From contig CAWKDB010000010.1 in NCBI GenBank assembly GCA_963848295.1, positions 2,848,001-2,912,000 on the forward strand: 64,000 bases of DNA, read 5' to 3'. This DNA is from an uncultured delta proteobacterium (lineage in GTDB: Bacteria; Myxococcota_A; Polyangia; Haliangiales; Haliangiaceae). Shown here piece by piece: positions 31,528-42,122 of the stretch. Position 1 is the stretch's first letter. Each line of letters starts with the position of its first letter. Below the pieces are notes generated by a model that saw only the letters and a list, made by a program, of their open reading frames with translations, did no database searches and had not been told where the DNA came from. A program made the translations under genes and the position numbers.

Positions 31528-32547
31528 ATGGACGTCGGCACCGTCGTCATCGCCACTATCGCCCTGGCGTTGGTGTTCGACATCATCAACGGCTTTCACG
31601 ACGCCGCGAACTCGATCGCCACGATCGTCTCGACCCGCGTGTTGTCGCCGCGCGCCGCGGTCGTGTGGGCAGCGGCGTTCAACTTCCTCGCGCTGTGGAT
31701 CTTCAAGCTGTCGGTCGCGAAGACGATCGCGAACATCGTGTTCGTCGATCCGAACGAACCGGGCTTCGTGTTCGTCGTCAGCTGCGGGTTGCTCGGCGCG
31801 ATCGCGTGGAATCTGCTGACGTGGTGGCTCGGCCTGCCGTCGTCGAGCTCGCACGCGCTGATCGGGGGGCTGTCCGGCGCTGGCATCGCGTTCCACGGCA
31901 TCGGCGTGCTCAACACCGACAAGCTTTATCCGACGCTAGGGTTCATCGTGCTCGCACCGATCATCGGCCTCGTGATCGGCATGGTGATGATGATCGCCGT
32001 GTCGTGGGCGTTCCGCCGCGCGCGACCTCGCACCGTCGACAAGACGTTCCGCCGCGCCCAACTGCTGTCGGCGGCGGCGTACTCGCTCGGCCATGGCGGC
32101 AACGACGCGCAAAAGACGATCGGGGTGATCGCGCTCGTGCTCGTGGCATCGCGACACCTCACGAAGACCGAGGTCGATGCCGGCGATGTGCCGAGTTGGA
32201 TCATCTTTGCGTCGTACGGCTGCATGGCGCTCGGCACCGCGGTCGGCGGCTGGCGGATCGTGAAGACGATGGGCATGGGCATCACGCCGCTCAAGCCGGT
32301 CGGCGGATTCTGCGCGGAGGTCGCGGGCGCGATCACGCTGTTCGGCGCCACGGCCCTGAAGATTCCGGTCTCGACGACGCACACGATCACCGGCGCGATC
32401 GTGGGGGTCGGCTCGGTTCAGAAGCTCAGAGGCATCCGATGGGGCCTGGCCACGCGCATCCTGTGGGCGTGGATCTTGACGATCCCGATGGCTGCGCTCG
32501 TCGGCGCCGCCACGCTGCTCGCCGCGCGCGCGTTTGGCGCGTACTGA
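31528..32547 (+). CDS. pit: Inorganic phosphate transporter (PiT family)
   Basis: NGFHDAAN, GLPSSSSHAL, HGGNDAQK, PVSTTH. Confidence 0.95.
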   Translation: MDVGTVVIATIALALVFDIINGFHDAANSIATIVSTRVLSPRAAVVWAAAFNFLALWIFKLSVAKTIANIVFVDPNEPGFVFVVSCGLLGAIAWNLLTWWLGLPSSSSHALIGGLSGAGIAFHGIGVLNTDKLYPTLGFIVLAPIIGLVIGMVMMIAVSWAFRRARPRTVDKTFRRAQLLSAAAYSLGHGGNDAQKTIGVIALVLVASRHLTKTEVDAGDVPSWIIFASYGCMALGTAVGGWRIVKTMGMGITPLKPVGGFCAEVAGAITLFGATALKIPVSTTHTITGAIVGVGSVQKLRGIRWGLATRILWAWILTIPMAALVGAATLLAARAFGAY

Positions 32548-32576
32548 TTGTCAGACCCTCGATCCAGATTCGGGCC

Positions 32577-33182
32577 GTGGCCAAGCTCTACTTCCGCTAC
32601 GGGACGATGGATTCGGCGAAGTCGATGAACCTGCTCGCGGTGGCGCACAACTACCGCAAGCAAGGCAAGCGTGTGGTGATGATGAAGCCTCGGCGCGACA
32701 CCCGGTTCGGCGCTGGCAAGATCTCGTCGCGCTCGGGCCTCGAAGCTGAAGCCGACGTCATGGTCGACGACGACACGGTGCTCGACCCGCGCGACTTCGC
32801 CGGGCTCGACTGCGTGCTCGTCGATGAAGCGCAGTTCCTGGCGCCGAGCCTGATCGAGGATCTGCGCCGGATCACGGTCGATCCGGGTGTGCCGGTGATC
32901 TGCTACGGGCTGCGCACCGACTTCCGCACGAAGCTGTTCCCGGGCGCGCAGCGGCTGATGGAGCTCGCGGACGGCATCGAAGAGGTCAAGGTCACTTGTC
33001 AGTACTGCCAGAAGAAGGCGATCTGCAACCTGCGATTCGTCAACGGCACGCCGACCGTTGTCGGCCCGCAGATCCACCTCGGCGCGGACGAGCACTACGC
33101 GCCCGTGTGCTGGGCGCACTACGACGAAGCGACCAAGCAGATCTCGGCCGAAGCGAGCGGCGCGGTCCTGCGCCCGAGCTGA
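32577..33182 (+). CDS. tdk: Thymidine kinase
   Basis: LYFRYGTMDSAKS, VDEAQFL, YGLRTDF, Zn-binding Cys; GTG start. Confidence 0.95.
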   Translation: MAKLYFRYGTMDSAKSMNLLAVAHNYRKQGKRVVMMKPRRDTRFGAGKISSRSGLEAEADVMVDDDTVLDPRDFAGLDCVLVDEAQFLAPSLIEDLRRITVDPGVPVICYGLRTDFRTKLFPGAQRLMELADGIEEVKVTCQYCQKKAICNLRFVNGTPTVVGPQIHLGADEHYAPVCWAHYDEATKQISAEASGAVLRPS

Positions 33183-33284
33183 GGGACGGTGTTCACTTTG
33201 ACAACCGCCGTGCTGGGCTGAGGCTTGTTGTCGCCCGCACTTAGCTAGTTAGCTAGCTAGGGACGGTGTTCACTTTGACAACCG
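33182..33284 (-). repeat. Direct repeat pair AGGGACGGTGTTCACTTTGACAACCG (locus C1, family in reverse orientation)
   Basis: Identical 26-mers at 33182 and 33259 (period 77). Confidence 0.9.
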
Positions 33285-33356
33285 GCGCGTGGCAGACGCT
33301 TGTCGCTTGGCTGGAACGCGCCACCGTACGACCGCCACCGTCACCCACGGTCGCGC

Positions 33357-33456
33357 AGCGCAAGTTGACAAAAGAGACAGCGTCCCCACCGAAGCGTCCC
33401 CACCGAAGCGCAAGTTGACAAAAGAGACAGCGTCCCCACCGAAGCGACAGCGTCCC
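33357..33456 (+). repeat. Direct repeat pair AGCGCAAGTTGACAAAAGAGACAGCGTCCCCACCGAAGCG plus partial units (locus C2)
   Basis: 40-mers at 33357 and 33407 (period 50) with extra GCGTCCCCACCGAA and GACAGCGTCCC subunits. Confidence 0.9.
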
Positions 33457-35357
33457 TAATTCAGATCTGCTCGGCGGGTTCGCCATTCGTTGAAGAGCGC
33501 GGGGAAGCGCGGATCGCGTTGCAGCGGCGCTAGGTCGGCGTCGGTCTCCATCTTTTCGGTGTGCTCGTATTCGTGCTCGATCGCGCGCGAGACTTGTTCG
33601 AGCGCCTTGTCGATCTGGCCAAGCGCCGCGTAGGCGCAAGCGGCCGAGTGATAGATGTACGGATTTTCGGGCCCGAAGCGCTGGCCGCCGGAGGCGAGAT
33701 CGGCGGCGAGCTTGTAGTCACCGATCGCGTGCGCGTGAATACATGCGTTGTTCCACGCCATGACGAGCGCGGTGCGCGCTTCACCGGCGTCTTTCGCCGG
33801 CTCGGGCAACGCGATCACGCGGCGCAAGATCTGCAGCGCTTGCGGGCGATCGATGCCGAAGCTCGAGTTGTAGAGATGTGGCACGAGCAGGACCTCGTTC
33901 GGTAGCTTGTCGAGGATCGCAGCGAGGTGCTGGGGAGCATGGCGCGCGACTTGGCTCGCGAGATCGGCGAGCTCTTCCATCGTCGTATCGCCGACCACGG
34001 CATCGTCGAGTAGCGAGAGCGCCGGGCCGACCTCGTCGGGCGCGTGCTCGGCGGCCTCGCCGATCACGAGCAACCGCACCGACGGCTTCGACGTGCGCGC
34101 GAGCGCGATCGCCTCTTCGACCCGCTCTTGGCGAATCAGCACGATCGCGAGGTAGCCGGCAGCATCACACGCCGGATCGAACGCACTCGCCCGGCGCAGC
34201 AACCGTTCGGCGATCGCCGCGGCGCTCGGATCGTCCGGATCGTGCTCGAGCGCGACCTCGACGAGCATGCCGGCGAGCTCGCGCTTGCTCCAGGCGCTCT
34301 GGCCGACCGCCCACGCGAGCGCCGGTTCTTCGCCTTGGCGACGAAACCGATCGGCGAACGGGTTGCCGGCGAGCACGAACGGGGCCTCGCCATCGCCGGA
34401 CGCATGTGACTTCGTGGCGTCGTCGACGGTATCGAATCGCGCCCACGCGATCGGAATGACGTCCGACAGGCGCGCGATAATCCACAGCAGGAAATGCACC
34501 TGGTCGGCTGACGTCGCTGGCACCGCGAAGCGCTCGACCCACATCAGCGACGAGCGATGGCGACGATCGTGGATCGCATCGGCCCGGGAGAACGGCTCGA
34601 ACTCGTCGGCGCGCTCGTCTTGATAGACCGAGAGCCACAGCGCGAAGAACGCGTTGACCACGGACTCTTCGCCGAGCAACGGTTCGCCAGACAGCTTCAG
34701 CGCGACGCCGAAGCTCTCCCAGTCGTAGTCATCGATGATCTCGGGATAGCGCTCGATCGGAAACGTCACGGTGTGCTCGAACGGCGGGGTGCCATTGCGC
34801 CAATGGCTCTCGAGCGCGACCGCTTCGACGATGTCGTCGTCTTCGTCGTCCTCGTCGTCTTCGTCGGCATCATCTTCGGTCGCCTCGGCGACCGTCGGCA
34901 CTTCGGGATCCGCGGCGTCGGGATCCTCGTACAGCACCATCTCTTCCCAGCCGGTGCCCGGGCCGGGTGCGTCGGCGGGGGCGATCGCGCGCGCTTGCGC
35001 GGCCGCGGCTTCGGCCGCTTCACCGGCGGTGAGCTCGAGCCACGCGACGCCGTCGATACCGGTCTCGACCTTGACGAGCCACACCCCGTCGAGCTCGAGC
35101 TCGGCGGCGGCTTGCTCGAGTGCCGCGCGTTGTTCGCCGAGCTCTCCCGCGGTCGGCGGCAACCACGGCGCGGCGTGCCACTGGCGCGGGGGCTCCGAGC
35201 CCGGATCGTCGACCTCGCTCGGCTCGGTCACGCTGGCGCTGGCGAGCAGCTGCCACAGCTGGCGTTGTTGCGCGGCGTCGAGCGGCCGCTTGCTGCGCGC
35301 GATCACGATGCCTCGCGCCAAGTCGCTGCGTCGCGGCTCGAGGCCGACGATCTCCAT
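33456..35357 (-). CDS. Hypothetical protein with acidic tract and C-terminal TPR ('TPR end-of-group'-like)
   Basis: 633 aa; Asp/Glu tract; C-terminal AACAYAALG..D.AL..V..AI...D.DL..L..DPRF. Confidence 0.8.
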   Translation of the reverse strand: MEIVGLEPRRSDLARGIVIARSKRPLDAAQQRQLWQLLASASVTEPSEVDDPGSEPPRQWHAAPWLPPTAGELGEQRAALEQAAAELELDGVWLVKVETGIDGVAWLELTAGEAAEAAAAQARAIAPADAPGPGTGWEEMVLYEDPDAADPEVPTVAEATEDDADEDDEDDEDDDIVEAVALESHWRNGTPPFEHTVTFPIERYPEIIDDYDWESFGVALKLSGEPLLGEESVVNAFFALWLSVYQDERADEFEPFSRADAIHDRRHRSSLMWVERFAVPATSADQVHFLLWIIARLSDVIPIAWARFDTVDDATKSHASGDGEAPFVLAGNPFADRFRRQGEEPALAWAVGQSAWSKRELAGMLVEVALEHDPDDPSAAAIAERLLRRASAFDPACDAAGYLAIVLIRQERVEEAIALARTSKPSVRLLVIGEAAEHAPDEVGPALSLLDDAVVGDTTMEELADLASQVARHAPQHLAAILDKLPNEVLLVPHLYNSSFGIDRPQALQILRRVIALPEPAKDAGEARTALVMAWNNACIHAHAIGDYKLAADLASGGQRFGPENPYIYHSAACAYAALGQIDKALEQVSRAIEHEYEHTEKMETDADLAPLQRDPRFPALFNEWRTRRADLN

Positions 35358-35397
35358 GCGTGCTACGAGCGTATCGCAAGCCGCGCGGGCCGGCAGC

Positions 35398-36804
35398 TCA
35401 GCACTCGATGATGTTGACCGCGAGCCCTCCGCGCGCGGTCTCCTTGTACTTGCTGCTCATGTCCGCGCCGGTCCGCCACATCGTCTTGATCACCTTGTCG
35501 AGCGACACCTTGTGCGTGCCGTCGCCTTGCAGCGCGAGCCGCGCCGCGTTGATCGCCTTGACCGCGCCCATCGCGTTGCGCTCGATGCAGGGTACCTGGA
35601 CGAGTCCGCCGATCGGATCGCAGGTCAACCCGAGGTTGTGCTCCATGCCGATCTCCGCGGCATTTTCGACCTGCGCCGGCGTGCCCCCCATCACCTCGGC
35701 GAGCGCGCCCGCCGCCATCGAGCATGCGACCCCGACCTCGCCCTGACAGCCGACCTCCGCGCCGCTGATCGACGCGTTCTTCTTGTACAACGCGCCGATC
35801 GCGCCGGCGGTGAGCAAGAACCGCAGCGTGCCTTCGTCGTCGGCGTTCGGCACGAACCGCCGGTAGTACGTGATCACGGCCGGGATGATGCCGGCGGCGC
35901 CGTTCGTGGGCGCGGTCACGACCCGGCCGCCCGCCGCGTTCTCTTCGTTGACCGCGAGCGCGAATAGATTCACCCAGTCCATGATCGTCAGCGGGTCGGC
36001 GGTGCCGTGATCGCTCTTGAGCTTGCGATAGAGCTGCGCGGCGCGACGCTTGACCTTCAGTCCGCCCGGCAAGATCCCTTCGCGTTCGCAACCGCGCTTC
36101 ACGCACGCATCCATCGCAGACCACAGGGCGAGCAGGCGGTGCCGGACCACAGCCTCGGGCCCGAGTCGAAGCGAGTCGGGCTCGCCGCGAGTCGGGACGA
36201 CCGCCTTCTCGTTCTCGAGCATCAACGTCGAGATCGCCATGCCGTGCTCGGTCGAATGACGGAGCAGCTCCTCGGCGGAGTTGAACGGATACGGCACCGA
36301 CAGCTGATCGGCGGGCACCGAGCCATCCGCCGGCGCCCCCGCGTGATCGACGACGAAACCGCCACCCACCGAATAGTAGATCCGCTCGACGATGATGCCA
36401 GCCACGCCGAATGCGGTGAACCGCATGCCGTTCGAGTGCAGCGGCAGCTTCTCGCGGCGATGAAACAGCAGCGCCTCCGGAACGAGCGTGACCTCGTGGC
36501 GGCCGAGTAGCTTCAACCGCCGGCTGGACTCGACCGCGGCGATGCGACGCTCGACCGCATCGATGTCCACGGTCGCCGGCTCGTCGCCCTCGAGGCCCAA
36601 GATGATCGCGCGATCGCTGCCGTGACCCTTGCCGGTGAAGCCGAGGCTGCCGAACAGCTCGACCTTCACGCTGGTCACCGCTTCGAGCTGCCCATCGGCG
36701 ACAAGCCGCTCGGCAAACCGCTTCGCGGCGCGCATCGGCCCGACCGTGTGCGAGCTCGATGGCCCGATGCCGATCTTGAAGATGTCGAAGACGGAGATGT
36801 GCAC
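35398..36804 (-). CDS. sdaA: L-serine ammonia-lyase (Fe-S, single chain)
   Basis: [47 protein letters not shown]. Confidence 0.97.
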   Translation of the reverse strand: MHISVFDIFKIGIGPSSSHTVGPMRAAKRFAERLVADGQLEAVTSVKVELFGSLGFTGKGHGSDRAIILGLEGDEPATVDIDAVERRIAAVESSRRLKLLGRHEVTLVPEALLFHRREKLPLHSNGMRFTAFGVAGIIVERIYYSVGGGFVVDHAGAPADGSVPADQLSVPYPFNSAEELLRHSTEHGMAISTLMLENEKAVVPTRGEPDSLRLGPEAVVRHRLLALWSAMDACVKRGCEREGILPGGLKVKRRAAQLYRKLKSDHGTADPLTIMDWVNLFALAVNEENAAGGRVVTAPTNGAAGIIPAVITYYRRFVPNADDEGTLRFLLTAGAIGALYKKNASISGAEVGCQGEVGVACSMAAGALAEVMGGTPAQVENAAEIGMEHNLGLTCDPIGGLVQVPCIERNAMGAVKAINAARLALQGDGTHKVSLDKVIKTMWRTGADMSSKYKETARGGLAVNIIEC

Positions 36805-36833
36805 GAACAGCGCCTCGATCGAGTGTAGCTCGT

Positions 36834-37760
36834 TTAGCGCGTGCGGCCGCGACGGGCGGCGGCGCGACGAGCCGCGCGAGCCGCGCGAGACCTGGCGACA
36901 CGCGCCTCGCGGTCGGCGCGGTCCTGCGCGCTACGGAGCTCGCGAGCGGTGGTGTCCTTCGCGCGATGGATCTCACGATCGGCGAGCTGCTTCGCGCGCT
37001 TGGCCTCGCGCGCCTTCTGCTCCTTCACACGCCTGGTCTCGCGCGCCGACGTGGCATCGAGCCCCAGCCGGACGGTCAGGCCATCGAGCATGGCTTGCAG
37101 ACCGAGCTCGAAGCGGTTGTTCGTGGCGAACGTCTCGCTGATCTCGAAGAACACCTCGGCAGGCTGACGCGACCCGATGAGCTCCGCGAGCTGCGGGTAC
37201 TCGCCCGTCGCGACCTGCGACTTCGCGAGGTCGTTCACGGCGCGCGCCTGGTCGAACGACGAGTGGTCCTCGACCGACCGCTGCACCGAGCCGAACACGT
37301 AGTCATCGACGAGCGTCAGCAACTGGATTTTGTCCGGCATCGACAGCGGCAGCTCGGCGACCGCGGACAGCGAATGTTCGATGTGGCGCAGTCCGTTCGG
37401 CCCGACGCGCGCACGGTCGAGCGATGCGATCGCCCAGGGGTGTGCGGTGAACGTGGCGTGCGTCGCGCGTGCGATGGTCTCGACGCCGGCGCGCCAACCG
37501 CGGGGCAGCGGCGTCGAGTGGCTGATGGCCTCGCCCATCAGCGCTTCATCGATGATCGTGAGCAGATCGTCCTTGGTACGGACGTAGTAGTAGAGCGTCA
37601 TCGTTCCCGCGCCGAGCTCGTCGGCGATCCGTCGCATCGACACCGCCTCGAACCCTTCGTGATCTGCGATCGCGACAGCTACTCGCGCGATCTGCTCGCG
37701 CGTGAACCGCGGCTTGCGAGACCCCGGCGGCGGCTCGGCCCAGATCGGGACGTTTGACAC
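36834..37760 (-). CDS. TetR family regulator with long basic C-terminal tail
   Basis: [31 protein letters not shown]; TetR_C-type domain; divergent from the ABC exporter. Confidence 0.92.
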   Translation of the reverse strand: MSNVPIWAEPPPGSRKPRFTREQIARVAVAIADHEGFEAVSMRRIADELGAGTMTLYYYVRTKDDLLTIIDEALMGEAISHSTPLPRGWRAGVETIARATHATFTAHPWAIASLDRARVGPNGLRHIEHSLSAVAELPLSMPDKIQLLTLVDDYVFGSVQRSVEDHSSFDQARAVNDLAKSQVATGEYPQLAELIGSRQPAEVFFEISETFATNNRFELGLQAMLDGLTVRLGLDATSARETRRVKEQKAREAKRAKQLADREIHRAKDTTARELRSAQDRADREARVARSRAARAARRAAARRGRTR

Positions 37761-37800
37761 GCCGTACAGTGTACTGCTAATGCTATTCGTATGACGTACG
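37754..37800. promoter_or_regulatory. Divergent promoter with probable TetR operators
   Basis: TTGACA 37754; palindromes CGTACAGTGTAC (37763) and CGTATGACGTACG (37788) in a 30 bp intergenic gap. Confidence 0.6.
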
Positions 37801-38825
37801 ATGATGACGTACAAACCACGAACAAGGGCGTTCGCGCCGAGAACCTCGGCAAGCGGTTCGGCGAGCTGTGGGCGCTGCGCGGGCTCGACCTCGACGTGCG
37901 CCCCGGCAAGGTGCTCGGCTTGCTCGGCCACAACGGCGCCGGCAAGACGACCGCGATCCGGATCCTCACGACGCTGACGACGCCGACCGAAGGCCGCGCG
38001 ATCGTCGCCGGTCACGACGTCATGATCGAGGCGTCGCACGTGCGCGAACGCATCGGGGTCGCCGGTCAGGCCGCGACGGTCGACGGCCTGCTCACCGCGC
38101 GAGCGAACCTCGAGATGGTCGCGCGGCTCTATCACCTGTCGCGCGCGCGCGCCCGCGAGCGGGCGGGCGAACTGCTCGAGCGGTTCGAGCTCGCCGCCGA
38201 CGGGGACCGCCTCGTCAAGACGTACTCGGGCGGCATGCGGCGCCGGCTCGATCTCGCCGCGAGCCTCGTCGCCGCGCCCCCCGTGTTGTTCCTCGACGAG
38301 CCAACGACCGGCCTCGATCCCCGCAGCCGTAGCGAGCTGTGGCAGCTCCTCACCGAGCGTGTGCGCGGCGGTACGACGCTCGTGCTCACGACGCAATACC
38401 TCGAAGAAGCCGATCGCCTCGCCGACGAGATCGTCGTGCTCGACCACGGCACCGTCGCCGCACGCGGGACGCCGATGCAGTTGAAGACGACGATCGGTGG
38501 GGACCGAGTGACCGTCGCCGTCGCCGCGGCCGACGATGCGCCTCGCGCTCGCGTCGCTCTGTTGCCGTTCGCCGAGGGCGAGCCGGTGATCGAAGCGGCT
38601 CCGGACGCCCACGCCAACGCCCAAGGCATCGCGATCGGCACGACCGCACCTAGCCGGGTCGTGCTGCGCGGCAAGCCGGGGTTGCGGCTGGTCGAGGTCG
38701 TGCGCGCTCTCGACGCCGCCGGGATCGACGCGATCGATGTCGCCCGCCGCGAGACGACGCTCGATGACGTGTTCCTCGCGATCACCGATCGCAGCCGCAA
38801 GCCCGCCTCGGAGGTCGTGGCGTGA
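37791..38825 (+). CDS. ABC exporter ATPase (DrrA family)
   Basis: GHNGAGKTT, YSGGMRRRLD, LDEPTTGLDP. Confidence 0.95.
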   Translation: MTYDDDVQTTNKGVRAENLGKRFGELWALRGLDLDVRPGKVLGLLGHNGAGKTTAIRILTTLTTPTEGRAIVAGHDVMIEASHVRERIGVAGQAATVDGLLTARANLEMVARLYHLSRARARERAGELLERFELAADGDRLVKTYSGGMRRRLDLAASLVAAPPVLFLDEPTTGLDPRSRSELWQLLTERVRGGTTLVLTTQYLEEADRLADEIVVLDHGTVAARGTPMQLKTTIGGDRVTVAVAAADDAPRARVALLPFAEGEPVIEAAPDAHANAQGIAIGTTAPSRVVLRGKPGLRLVEVVRALDAAGIDAIDVARRETTLDDVFLAITDRSRKPASEVVA

Positions 38826-39619
38826 GCGCCCGCTATCTGATCGTTGACAGCCTCGTGCTCGCGCGCCGCCACATCGCGCACATCCGGCAAATTCCCGAGA
38901 AGCTGCTCGACGTCACGCTCCAGCCGCTGATGTTCGTCTTGATGTTCGCGTACGTGTTCGGCGGCGTGATCTCGATCCCCGATGGCAGCTATCGCGAATA
39001 CCTGATCGGCGGCGTGATCGTGCAGTCGCTCGGCTTCGGCATCATGGGCCCGGCGACCGCGATCGCGACCGACGTGCGCGAAGGCGTGGTCGATCGGTTT
39101 CGCTCGCTGCCTATCTCGCGCGCGTCGTACCTGATCGGGCACTTGATCGCCGAGGTCGGCGCGACGCTCGTCGGGATCACCGTGCTGTCTCTCGCCGGCC
39201 TCGTCGTCGGCTGGGGCATCTATTCGAGCGTGCCCGCAGCGGTCGCCGCCTACGGGTTGATCATTTTGTTCGCGTTCTCGATGGTGTGGATGGGCACGTG
39301 GCTCGGGTTGAGCGTCCGGTCGCCGGACAGCGCGCAAGGCGTGGTGTTTCTCGTCGTGTTTCCGATGACGTTCCTGGCAAGCACGTTCGTCCCGCTCGAC
39401 GGCCTGACGCCGGTGTTGCGCACGATCGCGTCGTGGAATCCGGTGAGCGTGCTCGCCGCGGCGATCCGCGAGCTGTTCGGCAACCCGACCGCACTCCCGG
39501 GACATGCCGCCTGGCCGTTGCGCCACGCGGTCGTGTCGTCGCTGTTGTGCTGTGCGCTGATCGTCGCGGTATCCGCGCCGATGGCGATCCGCGCGTTCCG
39601 CAAGCGAACGAGCGACTAA
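38822..39619 (+). CDS. ABC-2 permease (DrrB family)
   Basis: Six TM helices; G..DRFRSLP, WNPVS. Confidence 0.93.
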   Translation: MSARYLIVDSLVLARRHIAHIRQIPEKLLDVTLQPLMFVLMFAYVFGGVISIPDGSYREYLIGGVIVQSLGFGIMGPATAIATDVREGVVDRFRSLPISRASYLIGHLIAEVGATLVGITVLSLAGLVVGWGIYSSVPAAVAAYGLIILFAFSMVWMGTWLGLSVRSPDSAQGVVFLVVFPMTFLASTFVPLDGLTPVLRTIASWNPVSVLAAAIRELFGNPTALPGHAAWPLRHAVVSSLLCCALIVAVSAPMAIRAFRKRTSD

Positions 39620-40239
39620 CGCGGATCTGTCGGCGGTGGCGGGAGCGCCGCGGGTGCGGGCTGAGTCTGCGTGTCGGACGCGACGTACTTGTTGTAGATC
39701 TGATCGAACACGCGCCAGCGCTCCGACGACGGATCGTCGGGCAGCTCGCCGAACGCGAAGCCGATGATGCGATCGTCGAGGTTCGATAGCACGCGGACGC
39801 CGTTGCGATAGCGCGCGACGTGCAGGCCATCGAGATCGAACGTGACCGCGGGCAGACCGTACGGCGTGAACGCGTTCGCGGTCGGATCGCCGAGGCTGAT
39901 CGGCAGCGAGATCCTGTGCGCGTAATACGTGCCGCCCATCCAACCGAACGCGCGGATCGGCCCGCCACCACCCGAGTTGTCGACCAAGAACACGACCGAC
40001 GTGCCATCGGGAAACGTCTGCCCGTGACATGGCCGGCCGGCGTAGACCATCGCGCGCAGCGTATGCTCGCTGTCGAGCGGATCGTCGTCGCACGGATGAG
40101 TGTACGGCGCGCGGGTGCCGACCTTCGAGCCGAACTCGTCGCCGAGCTCGAACCCGTCGAGAGTAGGCAGCGGCTCCGGCTTCGGCGTCGAACCGTGCAG
40201 GCACGCGGCGACCGCGACGAGCAGCACGGCCGCGCGCAT
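39616..40239 (-). CDS. Hypothetical lipoprotein
   Basis: MRAAVLLVAVAAC; TGATG overlap with the serA stop. Confidence 0.7.
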   Translation of the reverse strand: MRAAVLLVAVAACLHGSTPKPEPLPTLDGFELGDEFGSKVGTRAPYTHPCDDDPLDSEHTLRAMVYAGRPCHGQTFPDGTSVVFLVDNSGGGGPIRAFGWMGGTYYAHRISLPISLGDPTANAFTPYGLPAVTFDLDGLHVARYRNGVRVLSNLDDRIIGFAFGELPDDPSSERWRVFDQIYNKYVASDTQTQPAPAALPPPPTDPR

Positions 40240-41465
40240 CAAAACAAGATCCGGGTCTTGATGCTCGTCTCGAGCGAGGCGACGGCGACCTTGACGTCGT
40301 TCGACACGTCGTGGTCGAGATCCATGATCAAGTAACCGATGTCGGCATCGGTCGACAGCAGCTGCGCGCGAATGTTCGCGTGGAGGTCGGACACGATCTT
40401 GTTGACGTCGCGCAAGACGCCCGGGACGTTGCGGTGAATGTTGAGGATGCGGTGGACGCCCGGCATGATCGGGAGCTCGACCTGGGGGAAGTTGACCGAG
40501 CCGGTCGTCGTGCCCTGGTTGATGAACTTGAGCAGCGCGGCCGAGACCTCGCGGCCGATCGCCTCTTGCGCCTCCTCGGTCGAGCCGCCGATATGCGGCG
40601 TGAGGATCACGTTCGGCAAGTTGCGCAGCGGCGATGCGAAGCCTTCGCTGTTGGTCGCGGGCTCGGTCGGATAGACATCGACCGCCGCGCCGCCGATGTG
40701 GCCACGCTTGATCGCGTCGGCGAGTGCTTCGATCACGACGACCGTGCCGCGGCTCGCGTTGAGCAAGCATGCGCCCGGCTTCATCTGCGCGAGCTCGGCG
40801 GCGTCGATCATGTTCTTCGTCGACGGCGTCTCGGGAACGTGCAGCGTCACGAAGTCGGCCTCGGCGAGCAGGTCGGCGAGCTTCGCCATCGAACGGTTGT
40901 TACCCATCGGCAACCGCGCGGCGATGTCGAAGAACATGACCCGCATGCCGAACGATTCGGCGAGCACGCCGATCTGGCTGCCGATGTGACCGTAGCCGAC
41001 GATGCCGATCGTCTTGCCGCGCACTTCGTGGCTACCGACCGCGAGTTTCTTCCACTGGCCCTCGTGAACCTCGCGCGAGCGATCGCCGAGGTGGCGAGAC
41101 AGCATGACGATCTCGGCGAGGATCATCTCGGCGACCGAGCGCGTGTTCGAGAACGGGGCGTTGAACACCGGCACGCCGCGGCGATTCGCGTGGAGCAGCG
41201 CGACCTGGTTCGTGCCGATGCAGAACGCTCCGACCGCGAGCAAGCGGCGGGCCTCGTCGAGCACGCGCGGAGTGATCTGCGTCTTGCTGCGAATCCCGAC
41301 GATGTGGGCATCGCGAACCCGCGCCGCGAGCTGGTCTTCCGGCAGCGCGCCCGACACGGTCTCGACATGAAACCCATCCGCCTTGAACGCCTCGGCGGCC
41401 ACCGGATGGATGTTCTCGAGCAAGACGATCTTGATCTCGGATTTCGGAAACGACGTCGCGGCCAT
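40239..41465 (-). CDS. serA: D-3-phosphoglycerate dehydrogenase
   Basis: FCIGTNQV, NTRSVAE, GYGHIG, TPHIGGSTEEAQ, C-terminal ACT domain. Confidence 0.97.
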   Translation of the reverse strand: MAATSFPKSEIKIVLLENIHPVAAEAFKADGFHVETVSGALPEDQLAARVRDAHIVGIRSKTQITPRVLDEARRLLAVGAFCIGTNQVALLHANRRGVPVFNAPFSNTRSVAEMILAEIVMLSRHLGDRSREVHEGQWKKLAVGSHEVRGKTIGIVGYGHIGSQIGVLAESFGMRVMFFDIAARLPMGNNRSMAKLADLLAEADFVTLHVPETPSTKNMIDAAELAQMKPGACLLNASRGTVVVIEALADAIKRGHIGGAAVDVYPTEPATNSEGFASPLRNLPNVILTPHIGGSTEEAQEAIGREVSAALLKFINQGTTTGSVNFPQVELPIMPGVHRILNIHRNVPGVLRDVNKIVSDLHANIRAQLLSTDADIGYLIMDLDHDVSNDVKVAVASLETSIKTRILF

Positions 41466-41496
41466 GCGCCGCAGACTCTATCAGGTATCGTTCGCC

Positions 41497-42096
41497 ATGC
41501 ACTTGGCTCAGCGGCTGCGCGACGAACCACCGCCACGCGCGCCGGATGTCTGCGCGCGCGTCGTGGGAAAGCATGGCTCGTGGTTGGGCTTCGCCGCCTA
41601 CGGCGCGCTCTACGCGGTCTCGGCGATGGCGTTCGCGCTGGCGTTGGCCGTCTACGTCGTGTTCGAGCCGATCGCACATTGGGTGACCGGCACGCCGGAC
41701 TACGTCGAGTTATCGACCGGCTGGTGGGTCGCGATCCTGGCGGCGTCGATTGTGACGAGCGCACCGCTAAGCGCGTTACCGTTTCTGCGCTGGGTTCGGC
41801 GCCGGCGCGACGACCTCGCGATCGTCGCGCGCGATGGCACGGTCGTCGACGCGATCATCCAGAGCACGACGTGGGCGACGTCGTACGGCGTGACCCAACT
41901 GATGCGGTTGCGCCGACCGACTCACTGCACGATCTACGTGCGCCCGCTACGGGGCGACGGTGCGACGTACCGCGCGTTCGTGCGCCACGACGACTGGGTG
42001 CGGCCCGATTATCCGGTCAAGCTCGTCACCGCGGAACGCTCGTATGCACTCGTGCTCGGGCCCGACAAGATTGAGTTCGTCGCTCGGCGTCGCTGA
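41497..42096 (+). CDS. Hypothetical membrane protein
   Basis: Two hydrophobic helices followed by an OB-like beta region; fills the gap between serA and the ParB-like gene. Confidence 0.65.
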   Translation: MHLAQRLRDEPPPRAPDVCARVVGKHGSWLGFAAYGALYAVSAMAFALALAVYVVFEPIAHWVTGTPDYVELSTGWWVAILAASIVTSAPLSALPFLRWVRRRRDDLAIVARDGTVVDAIIQSTTWATSYGVTQLMRLRRPTHCTIYVRPLRGDGATYRAFVRHDDWVRPDYPVKLVTAERSYALVLGPDKIEFVARRR

Positions 42097-42122
42097 ACGC
42101 GGCTTCGGCTACAGTCCGCGCC

